NCBI GenBank assembly: GCA_964517685.1
Contig: CAZFCF010000011.1
Location: 3,630 to 67,629 of the forward strand
Direction: 5' to 3'
DNA length: 64,000 nucleotides
Source of the DNA: an uncultured Gammaproteobacteria bacterium
GTDB taxonomy: Bacteria; Cyanobacteriota; Vampirovibrionia; LMEP-6097
Every line of letters starts with the position of its first letter. Position 1 is the stretch's first letter. Under the pieces are notes generated by a model. The model made no database searches. It was not told the DNA's origin and was given only the letters and a program-made list of their open reading frames with translations. Positions 48,428 to 56,776 of this stretch are shown piece by piece. A program made the position numbers and the translations under genes.

Positions 48428-49626
48428 AGGTTGCACTTTTTACAGAAACTTTTCTTCCGCAGATTAATGGTGTTGTTAGGACCTTAGAGAAAATCATCCT
48501 TCATCTGGAAGCTAATGGCCATAAGGTTTTGGTTTTTACTATTGGTGAGGGTGAAAGCCAATATTCAAAAACAAAAATAGTTAGACTGGATGGAATTCGT
48601 TTTAATCTCTATAAAGAACTTTATATTGTTAAGCCTGAAGACAAATGGGTGTCTAAGTTTGTTGAGAATGATCTCATGCAAGCACCAATGGCAATTTTAC
48701 AATCTTTGATTCCTACAAGGCATAGTGTTGTTGAAGAAGCGTTAGTGCAGTTCAATCCTGATATTATTCATTTGGCTACACCTGTGACCTTGGGTGCAAT
48801 TGGACTTTACTATGTTGATAAATTAAAATTGCCTTCGCTTGCAACTTATCATACTGATCTTGCTGCTTATGCACCGATGTATCATGTACCTTATTTCGAA
48901 GAAGTAATTAATGGTGTGACCAAAATGATTTACTCAAAGGTAATCAGAGTCTTGGCACCAAGTCCAAGTAGTAAAAAGCAATTAGAAGAACTTGGTCTGG
49001 AAAATGTTGGGGTTCTTGGCAGAGGCGTTGATCAAGAGCTTTTCAGCCCGAATAAAAGAAATCGTGAAATATTAGCTAACTATGATTTAGACCCAAATAA
49101 AATTACTATTACTTATGTGGGTAGGTTAGCGGAAGAAAAATCAATTCCTGAGTTGGTTGGTATTTTCTCAAGTCTTTGTGAAAAATACCCTATTCAACTT
49201 TTGGTTATTGGTGATGGTCCTATCAAGCAAGAGCTTGAAGATAGTTTGGACAGAACCGATGGAACCTATGCTTTTACTGGAATTAGAAAAGGTACGGAGC
49301 TGGTTGAGTTATATGCAGCTAGTGATATTTTTGCTTTTCCAAGTAAGACAGAAACCTTTGGGCAAGTGGTTCTAGAAGCAATGGCGTCTGGTTTGCCAAT
49401 TGTCGCTTATGAATCACCAGGTGTAAGAGATTTAATTCAAGACAAAAAAAATGGCTACCTTGCTACTTCATTGAAGGACTTTGAACTGTGCTTGGAGAGC
49501 TTGATTAAAGATGCTAATTTAAGACAGAATTACGCAAAGAAAAGCCGTGAACTCTCTATGGAAAGATCCTGGAAGAATATATTAGATGGACTTTTGACCG
49601 AATATTCCAAACTAATTAACCAGTAA
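48424..49626 (+). CDS. Family 4 glycosyltransferase (SqdX/PimB-like)
   Basis: VALFTETFLPQINGV, YHTD, RGVD, YVGRLAEEK, FPSKTETFGQVVLEAMASG. Confidence 0.9.
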   Translation: MKVALFTETFLPQINGVVRTLEKIILHLEANGHKVLVFTIGEGESQYSKTKIVRLDGIRFNLYKELYIVKPEDKWVSKFVENDLMQAPMAILQSLIPTRHSVVEEALVQFNPDIIHLATPVTLGAIGLYYVDKLKLPSLATYHTDLAAYAPMYHVPYFEEVINGVTKMIYSKVIRVLAPSPSSKKQLEELGLENVGVLGRGVDQELFSPNKRNREILANYDLDPNKITITYVGRLAEEKSIPELVGIFSSLCEKYPIQLLVIGDGPIKQELEDSLDRTDGTYAFTGIRKGTELVELYAASDIFAFPSKTETFGQVVLEAMASGLPIVAYESPGVRDLIQDKKNGYLATSLKDFELCLESLIKDANLRQNYAKKSRELSMERSWKNILDGLLTEYSKLINQ

Positions 49627-49695
49627 AATAAAGTAATTATAAGGCTGAACGAAGCTTCAGATTTTTTTCACCTCTATTCAGTATAAAATTGAACT

Positions 49696-50916
49696 GTGAT
49701 CAATATGGATGAAAAAGTTTTTAATGCACATTTAGGCGGCAAGATTGAAGTGAATCTGAAACGTGAAATTACTTCGCTTGAAGACCTTGCTGTTGTTTAC
49801 ACTCCAGGAGTGGCTCAAGTGTGTAACCAAATTCATCATGAACCAAATTCAGATCATTTTTTTACTATTAAACGTAATACGGTTGCGGTAGTAACCGATG
49901 GTACGGCAGTTCTAGGTTTAGGTAATATTGGTCCTGCAGCTTCACTTCCGGTAATGGAAGGTAAGGCTATGCTCTTCAAGCAACTTGCTGGTGTAGATGC
50001 TTTCCCAATTGCAATTGATGCGAAGGGAAAAACTCCTGATGAAATAGTTGAATGTATTAGAATGATTGCTCCAGTTTTTGGTGGAATTAATTTAGAAGAT
50101 ATCGCGGCTCCTGCATGTTTCGAAATTGAGGAAAAATTACAAAAAGCAGTGAACATCCCTGTTTTCCATGATGATCAACACGGTACTGCAGTTGTAGTTA
50201 CTGCTGCTCTTTATAACGCAATTAAATTAACTGGTAAAAACATCGAAACTCTTAAAGTGGTTGTCAGTGGTGTTGGTGCTGCCGGTATAGCGTGCACTAA
50301 GATGATCATCGGTGCTGGTATCCGTAACGTTATTGGTTGTGATACTTCTGGAGCTATCTATAAAGGCAGACCTAATAATATGAATCATGCCAAAGAAGAT
50401 TTTGCAAGTTACACAAATCCTGGTCTTGAAAAGGGCTCACTTGCAGAGGTACTTAAGGGTGCCGATCTATTCTTAGGTCTTTCTGGTCCAAATTTGTTTG
50501 GGGAAGAAGTTCTTAAGACTATGAACAAAGATTGCATTATTTTTGCCATGTCTAATCCAACCCCTGAAGTTAATAGAGATCTTGCTATGAAATACGCTTC
50601 AATAGTGGCTACAGGAAGATCAGATTATCCAAACCAAATCAATAATGTGCTTTGCTTCCCTGGTTTCTTTAGAGGTTTACTTGATGCCAATGCTTATACA
50701 GTTACTGAAGCAATGAAATTCGCTGCAGCAAGAGCAATTGCTGATTGTATTCCTGAAAGCGAACTTAGAGCTGATTATATAATTCCTGATGCTTTTAATG
50801 AGAATGTGGCTGTAGCGGTAGCGGCGGCTGTTAAACAAGTAGCAATTGAAGAGGGTGTTTGTAAGAAAATTATTACTGATGATCCGCAAGTGCAAAAAGC
50901 TGCGGCACTGAATTAG
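49696..50916 (+). CDS. NAD(P)-dependent malic enzyme
   Basis: YTPGVA, TDGTAVLGLGNIG, PVMEGK, NLEDI, HDDQHGT, GRSDYPNQINN. Confidence 0.95.
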   Translation: MINMDEKVFNAHLGGKIEVNLKREITSLEDLAVVYTPGVAQVCNQIHHEPNSDHFFTIKRNTVAVVTDGTAVLGLGNIGPAASLPVMEGKAMLFKQLAGVDAFPIAIDAKGKTPDEIVECIRMIAPVFGGINLEDIAAPACFEIEEKLQKAVNIPVFHDDQHGTAVVVTAALYNAIKLTGKNIETLKVVVSGVGAAGIACTKMIIGAGIRNVIGCDTSGAIYKGRPNNMNHAKEDFASYTNPGLEKGSLAEVLKGADLFLGLSGPNLFGEEVLKTMNKDCIIFAMSNPTPEVNRDLAMKYASIVATGRSDYPNQINNVLCFPGFFRGLLDANAYTVTEAMKFAAARAIADCIPESELRADYIIPDAFNENVAVAVAAAVKQVAIEEGVCKKIITDDPQVQKAAALN

Positions 50917-51116
50917 AGTTGGCTAAGTAAAGTGATCTACATATGGACTCGACTTCATTGCGCTTGGAGCAAATTAAGCTCGTCTTGAATTACGCTCCGC
51001 GACCGACCGATTTTTATTAGCAACTATAAACTCGCGAACTTCGCGACTTGCTAATTTGCTTACCAAGCTTCATTTGTCTTGTCTCATATTACGATCAAAA
51101 TTACTTAGCCAACCTA
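50914..51116. repeat. Family B long-hairpin element, copy 2
   Basis: Terminal arms GTTGGCTAAGTAA/TTACTTAGCCAAC; core homologous to 36363-36586. Confidence 0.8.
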
Positions 51117-51148
51117 TTTTAGTGCCTAATATTTTAAGAGTAATTAAT

Positions 51149-51277
51149 TTAGCCTCTTCGAAAAGCTTCCAGATGCAAGGCTTGCGAGATCCGAGGAGTC
51201 TGAGTTGACTTTGGTTGTCAATGATGACTCCGAGGAGCGAGCGTAACGCAGCAGATGGGACTTTGCGAACAGGCTAA
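51149..51277. repeat. Family C element, copy 3 (opposite orientation)
   Basis: TTAGCCT...CAGATGCAAGGCTTGCGAG...GAGCGTAACG...CAGATGGGACTTTGCGAACAGGCTAA. Confidence 0.85.
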
Positions 51278-51335
51278 TTGCTTTTACCGGGTTTTAAGAA
51301 TAGTATGTTAGAGGGTTAAAGGACAGTTAACACTT

Positions 51336-52418
51336 ATGGCTGGTGATGAAGACAATTCTGACAAGCAGTTTGAAGCTACACAGCACAAACTGCGAGAGCA
51401 GCGTAAAAAAGGAAATGTATTTAAGAGCAAAGACTTAACTCAGCTTTGCGTGATGATTATTGGCTTTGTGATGCTTTTTGTCTTTGGAGGCGTAGCATAT
51501 AATTCCATTGAATCTATGTGCCGAGCACTTTGGTCTGAGATTCCACATTTTGAAAAAGTAAGTCCTGCCTTTATAAATTTCCATGCATGGAAAACTTTGA
51601 TTGTAGTTACAGTGCCAGCTTTGCTTGCACTATCTGTAGTTGCTGTTGTGATAGAAGTTTTGCAATTAGGTGGAGTGATGTTTACTATGGAACCTTTAGA
51701 GTTCAAACTTGAAAAGCTTGATCCAATTAAAGGTTTGAAAAATATGTTCAATGTCAAATCTCTATTTGAACTTTTTAAATCTATTGCCAAGGTTGGTTTA
51801 ACTGGTTATATCGCCTGGCTTGTAGTCGCTGAGCATATTCCAAAGCTCTTTGGTTCTATACAAGCTGCTCATAAACTTGCTGCGTTTTTAATCGTTTCAC
51901 AAATCCTGTGGGATTTCTTTTGGAAGACTACATTGTTTCTTTTTGTAATTGCAATTATTGATTATATTTTTCAGCGCTGGAAATTCATGAAAGATCAGCG
52001 TATGAGTTTCAAGGAAATGAAAGATGAGTACAAGGACACTGAAGGTGATCCTCTCATCAAATCTAAACGTAGACAGAAACAACGTGAGATCGCACAAGGC
52101 GGTGGTGGTGGAGGTATGGCAAGAGTACCTGAAGCTGATTTCGTTGTAAAAAATCCTTCGCATGTTGCACTTGCTGTTAAGTACGATGAGAATATGGATC
52201 AAGCTCCTAAAGTTATTGCCAAAGGTGCAGATTTACTTGCAGAGCAAATTGTCAAAATTGCCGAAGCTTATGGCGTGCCAGTTGTAGAAAACATTCCTTT
52301 ATCGCGTGCATTGTTTAGGCTCGTAAGAGTCAATCAGGAAGTGCCGGCTGATCTTTATCGAGCTGTTGCAGAGTTACTACTTTTCGTTTACAAGGTCAAA
52401 GGCAAGAGCTTTGGGTAA
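51336..52418 (+). CDS. flhB: Type III export substrate-specificity switch FlhB/SctU
   Basis: DKQFEAT.HKLREQRKKGNV.KS, KLDPIKG, RMS..EMKDEYK..EGDP.IK, NPSH cleavage loop, PKVIAKG, ENIPLSRALF. Confidence 0.9.
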   Translation: MAGDEDNSDKQFEATQHKLREQRKKGNVFKSKDLTQLCVMIIGFVMLFVFGGVAYNSIESMCRALWSEIPHFEKVSPAFINFHAWKTLIVVTVPALLALSVVAVVIEVLQLGGVMFTMEPLEFKLEKLDPIKGLKNMFNVKSLFELFKSIAKVGLTGYIAWLVVAEHIPKLFGSIQAAHKLAAFLIVSQILWDFFWKTTLFLFVIAIIDYIFQRWKFMKDQRMSFKEMKDEYKDTEGDPLIKSKRRQKQREIAQGGGGGGMARVPEADFVVKNPSHVALAVKYDENMDQAPKVIAKGADLLAEQIVKIAEAYGVPVVENIPLSRALFRLVRVNQEVPADLYRAVAELLLFVYKVKGKSFG

Positions 52419-52452
52419 TGAGCTTGTCAGGCTGAGCATGATTTTCTCACCA

Positions 52453-53766
52453 TTAGTCTTTCTCATTAAGCAAAAACTTCCAAATTGGCATAAAATGGAT
52501 TTTGGAATTAATTTTTATTGGACTGTTTTCTGGTCTGATTTCTAGGTTCTTTGTTAGTAAGAAAGCTTCTTTAACATTGTGGTTTTCTAAAAATTCATTT
52601 AGACCACCTATTTCTCTTTCTAAAAGTTCAGTGGTTTCTAAATTACTATAACTTACCTGGATTGCTGTTTTACTTTGGTTATTTTCTACTATCACAAAAT
52701 CTAGTTCTTGTTTTTCCTTGAAATAAAATATTTTTTCTGTTTCTAATTTTCTGCGCATTAATTCTATTAGAACCATGTTCTCTGCTTGCTTCCCTATATC
52801 TTCTGAGAAACTTGCTGTATTAGCATTACGTAAGCCAGTATCAATGCAGTAAACCTTCCGACTATCTCTATCTTGAACCTTGAGATTTGGATGAAAACGT
52901 AATAACTCAAAAATGGCAAAGCAAGATTTTAAGTATCTACTATAATCCTGAGCAGTATCTGGATTGCTATTAAAAGCTTTAGCTACTTTATTATACGAGT
53001 GAGGAGAACTAATATTAGTCATATAGTAAAGGGCTATTTTCTCTAAAATATCATAATTGCGGATTGCATAACGTTCAACGATATCTTTTTGGATTATATC
53101 TTTGAAATAATTTTGCAGAATTATTCTTTTGTTATATTCTTCTTCGGTTAAAACTATCTGAGGGAAAGCGCCATATTTCATATAGCGGTAAAAATTAGTT
53201 TCGTATTCTAGATCGGATTTAGGTTTGATTTCAAGAAAATTTAAATATTCTACGAAGCTTAAAGGATAAATATGTTTCTCTATTACGCGTCCAGTCAAGG
53301 AACTAGACAACTCAGAGCTAAGCATCTCAGCAGAACTTCCAGTAATAATAATTTTGTATTTTTTAGTATCGATTATTTTTCTAACCCATCTATGCCAAGA
53401 ATCAATATGATAGATTTCATCAAAAACTAATATCTCAGGTTCAAAACCAAAATACATAGTGAATACTTTTATCAGGTGATCAAAAATTTCTACTTGATTA
53501 TGAATCTTAAAAAATGGATCTTCAAAGTTCATGTAGAAAAATTTTTCTTGAACAAGATCTTTGGCAATTTGCAAAGAAAGCATAGTTTTGCCAGATCGCC
53601 TCACTCCAACTAAAGCAAGAACAAAATCATTTAGTAATGTTTTATAGGAATTTAAATTTTCAAAACCTCTATATTTGATATTGAAATTTTCATGCCAATT
53701 ACGCCAAGATTTGATTGTCTCTAGTAATTCATCATTGTTTATTGAACTGGGTGTTACAACACTCAT
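52453..53766 (-). CDS. AAA_14 ATPase with DUF4143
   Basis: GVRRSGKT, NFED, FDEI, ITGSS, LTGR, GAFP, KVYCIDTGL, ENMV, ELDFV. Confidence 0.9.
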   Translation of the reverse strand: MSVVTPSSINNDELLETIKSWRNWHENFNIKYRGFENLNSYKTLLNDFVLALVGVRRSGKTMLSLQIAKDLVQEKFFYMNFEDPFFKIHNQVEIFDHLIKVFTMYFGFEPEILVFDEIYHIDSWHRWVRKIIDTKKYKIIITGSSAEMLSSELSSSLTGRVIEKHIYPLSFVEYLNFLEIKPKSDLEYETNFYRYMKYGAFPQIVLTEEEYNKRIILQNYFKDIIQKDIVERYAIRNYDILEKIALYYMTNISSPHSYNKVAKAFNSNPDTAQDYSRYLKSCFAIFELLRFHPNLKVQDRDSRKVYCIDTGLRNANTASFSEDIGKQAENMVLIELMRRKLETEKIFYFKEKQELDFVIVENNQSKTAIQVSYSNLETTELLEREIGGLNEFLENHNVKEAFLLTKNLEIRPENSPIKINSKIHFMPIWKFLLNEKD

Positions 53767-53788
53767 TTATTTCTTATTACCCTTACTA

Positions 53789-53847
53789 TTAACGATTATA
53801 ATAGGTAATTATAAAAAAATATAGGTATATTTTAACGATTATAATAG
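53789..53847. promoter_or_regulatory. 16-bp direct repeat upstream of the AAA/DUF4143 gene
   Basis: TTAACGATTATAATAG at 53789-53804 and 53832-53847. Confidence 0.55.
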
Positions 53848-53995
53848 TTAATCAAATTCTCTACTCCGAATCTAATCGGATCTGTCACTGGTAAGCCAGT
53901 CTCTGCTTCAGCTTGCTTAACTAGTTTCAATGCTTCTTCATCTGAATAAGCACTAGTATTCATGCAATACCCATAATTTCAACGGGGCTTGTTTC
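53832..53995 (-). pseudogene. Frameshifted C-terminal remnant of a DUF1611 (DgcN-like) gene
   Basis: PVEIMGIA /shift/ MNTSAYSDEEALKLVKQAEAETGLPVTDPIRFGVENL; the TGLP.TDP.RFG ending is typical of DUF1611 proteins. Confidence 0.6.
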
Positions 53996-54074
53996 TCATG
54001 TGAGATCCAGTTTTGGCGAATCTAAATAAATTATAAACCTGCTATAATATATTAACTTATTAACTGGGAGGTCA

Positions 54075-55832
54075 ATGGGGACTGGTATACAACTTGGAGA
54101 GGTTTTTAGGACAGGCTATAACGTAGCTTCCACCTCACTTGGCCATAGATTCATTGGACAATTAGCTCAACCAGTTTTTGCCGATCTTCGTGAAATTGAA
54201 TTAAAAAAACTCAAAGATAGCGAAGAAGATCAACCTTTAGACACCACTCCAAAAAGACCATTAAACTCAATTCTAGATTTTCTTAAATTACGTTTTACTC
54301 GTGGTGACTTGATTACGGTTCTTGGTATTGGATTTATGGGTGTAATGAGTTATTTTTCTCCTGCCAAAGAAGGTAGAGAACCTGGCTTTATTGAAAGATG
54401 TTTTAAAAATCTTGCTTTAGCCATGACTTTTGGAGGTAGTACCTCTTCGCTTATTGGTAGAGCTACAGAGATGGATCTAAAAACTGCTCTAGGAAAAGAT
54501 TTCACGCGCGCGCAATTAGATCATGCAAAAAGACAAGGGCTTGAGATCTTCAAAAAATATGAGCAAGTTGATAAAGAAAAATTAAAAAAAGAAGCCGAAC
54601 TTCTAGACAGAATATTAGTTTATAAAGATGGAGTTAGAGAATCTATACTTGAGCGTTATGCAAGAGATGAATTCGGTGGGCTTTTTGATGGACCACCAGG
54701 TACTGGTAAGACTGCAGGTGTGCTTTGTCTGTTAGGTAAATGGGCTAAGAGAATTGAGCAAGAGGGATTTGAAGCTGTAATTGCTGAACTGAATTTAGCA
54801 AAATTTGATGAATATCTAAAAGAGCGTAAACGTAGTCGTGATGATATCTCTGAACTCGTTCAGCAAAGTGGTATTGGTGATGGCTTAGGTGGAATTTTAA
54901 AAGCTAATGAAGGTCTACAAATTCTGGAGATGTTAGTAACTGAAATCCAGAAATTAAAAACTCGTGTTGATAAACACAATATGTTACCAGGAGTAAAAAA
55001 ACAGAAATTAGCAGTTTTTGTTGATGAGTTTGATAAAGTTTTTGATCCTGCAACTTTACAAGGTTGTGATAAAACTAGACTCAAGAATCTTCTAATTCAA
55101 CTTAATGAGTTGTTTATGAAGACAGAGATATTACTCACAAGTAATAAACCTCTTGAACAAATGATAGAAGTTATAAAATCTCATTTATATGTAGATGAAC
55201 ACCAAGATGGCAGTGAAGTCTGGAAGCCAATGTATGACCGTTTTGTCTCAAAGAATAGAGTTTTCGTCGATTTACCTTCGTCAAGCGAACAAGCGGAGAT
55301 TATCGCTGGTAATTTACTTAATAAATATGATTATGCAATTGATTGGAAAGATTTTGGTCTTCAAGGTTCTTCGGGTAATTTTGAGTTAGATCGTAAATTA
55401 CTTGCAAATGCTATTGAAGCGGATGTTACTGCAAAAATCACGCGCAAAATTAATGGCAGACAGTTGAATTATATTTGTGATGATATTTCAGGGATGCTTT
55501 TAGGTCTTGCACGTTTGATGAGGTTAACAAATAGCTCAATCCCTGATAAGGATTGGGAAGCCTTAGCTAGTAAGGATCGTATTTTGAAAACTGGTGCCAA
55601 AATCAATCGTCAAGTAATTGCCCAAACTATAAAGCATAAAATCGATAATATGAAACTAGATATCACTGAAGACCATAGTTTCAAGCCAGTAAAAAATAAT
55701 AATGGTTGGGTAGATTTGATTTCAAATGCAGCAAATCAACTTGGCAAGACTTTAGAAAAAAGTGATATTAAAATAGATCCAGCTTTAGTGGGCAATGTGA
55801 TAAATGCTTTAACTAAATCAACTGCTGCTTAA
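54075..55832 (+). CDS. Orphan membrane-associated AAA+ ATPase
   Basis: GPPGTGKT Walker A, VFVDEFD Walker B, LLTSN sensor 1, NGRQL; N-terminal hydrophobic segments. Confidence 0.8.
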   Translation: MGTGIQLGEVFRTGYNVASTSLGHRFIGQLAQPVFADLREIELKKLKDSEEDQPLDTTPKRPLNSILDFLKLRFTRGDLITVLGIGFMGVMSYFSPAKEGREPGFIERCFKNLALAMTFGGSTSSLIGRATEMDLKTALGKDFTRAQLDHAKRQGLEIFKKYEQVDKEKLKKEAELLDRILVYKDGVRESILERYARDEFGGLFDGPPGTGKTAGVLCLLGKWAKRIEQEGFEAVIAELNLAKFDEYLKERKRSRDDISELVQQSGIGDGLGGILKANEGLQILEMLVTEIQKLKTRVDKHNMLPGVKKQKLAVFVDEFDKVFDPATLQGCDKTRLKNLLIQLNELFMKTEILLTSNKPLEQMIEVIKSHLYVDEHQDGSEVWKPMYDRFVSKNRVFVDLPSSSEQAEIIAGNLLNKYDYAIDWKDFGLQGSSGNFELDRKLLANAIEADVTAKITRKINGRQLNYICDDISGMLLGLARLMRLTNSSIPDKDWEALASKDRILKTGAKINRQVIAQTIKHKIDNMKLDITEDHSFKPVKNNNGWVDLISNAANQLGKTLEKSDIKIDPALVGNVINALTKSTAA

Positions 55833-56675
55833 TTTTGGATCATTATTCGGATTAAGAACTTCAACTTCTATTCCTGCAATCTGCGCAAGTATCATGGCAT
55901 GGAAGCGCATGGTGATGAGCTTAGAAGAGTAGTTCTTGAATATATAAATCAATTCTTCTGCTTGATAGTTTTTGGCTTCGATGTAAATGCATTGTTCAGG
56001 TTTAAGATTTAAATTCTTAGCTAATTTCTCGTGCAAGAAATGATCGCCGTCTTGCATTTCTAAGAAGACTATTTTTGTTGTTATCGGCAAAGCCAGCATA
56101 CCGATAGTATTAGAACTTTTTAAAGAAATAAATAAATATTTTTCAGTGTCTGAAAATTTTTCAAAGACTGGATTGCCACGCCCACTGTGTGGGCTCGCAA
56201 TGACGCGGGAATTATAATCCTCAAATTTCTCTTTAAGCCTCCAAGCTAAATCTGGAACCACTGTATGTTTTATCCCCCACTGATTTAACAACTCAGAACT
56301 ATATGAATTCCTTACACTGACTTTATTTGCAAGCCTGAAAATAGTTTTGGCAAATAAACGGTTAAACCAATAGTTTAATGGCCCTAGACCCTGAGCCTCA
56401 ATAATGATCTTCTTTCCCATTAGTTTTGCAAAGAGTAAAACAAAAAAATAATAAAGAGGACTTGCATATGAACTTAAGTCTTGAAACATGCCACCGATGG
56501 CATAGATCTCTTTTGCCTTATATATTTTTTTTAGATGTGAAACTAGGCTGTCTTTCTTGGACAGTGAAAGGATTTCAATATCACCTTTCTTTTTCTTTAA
56601 TTCTTCTGTAAGCAGGCTTGCAAGTAACTCATCACCATAGTTATTGAATCCAAGGTAGCCAAAAATCAAAATCAT
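55818..56675 (-). CDS. csaB: Polysaccharide pyruvyl transferase (CsaB-like)
   Basis: GYLGFNNYGDEL, GGMFQD.SS..SPLYY, AQGLGPL, VSVRN..S, MRFHAMI. Confidence 0.82.
   Translation of the reverse strand: MILIFGYLGFNNYGDELLASLLTEELKKKKGDIEILSLSKKDSLVSHLKKIYKAKEIYAIGGMFQDLSSYASPLYYFFVLLFAKLMGKKIIIEAQGLGPLNYWFNRLFAKTIFRLANKVSVRNSYSSELLNQWGIKHTVVPDLAWRLKEKFEDYNSRVIASPHSGRGNPVFEKFSDTEKYLFISLKSSNTIGMLALPITTKIVFLEMQDGDHFLHEKLAKNLNLKPEQCIYIEAKNYQAEELIYIFKNYSSKLITMRFHAMILAQIAGIEVEVLNPNNDPKLSSS
56168..56205. repeat. Family A repeat in-frame inside csaB
   Basis: CTGGATTGCCACGCCCACTGTGTGGGCTCGCAATGACG, read as RVIASPHSGRGNP. Confidence 0.88.
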
Positions 56676-56699
56676 CTTTATTAAAAATTCCTAGTAGTA

Positions 56700-56745
56700 T
56701 GGATTGCTTCCATCTTCGCTAAAGCTTCGATGGACAAGTCGCTCA
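56700..56745. repeat. Degenerate family A-like repeat
   Basis: TGGATTGCTTCCATC-TTCGCTAAAGCTTC-GATGGACAAGTCGCTC; 3' CGCAATGAC end is missing. Confidence 0.5.
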
Positions 56746-56776
56746 TTATAACCATGCTTACTATATAATTAATTGT

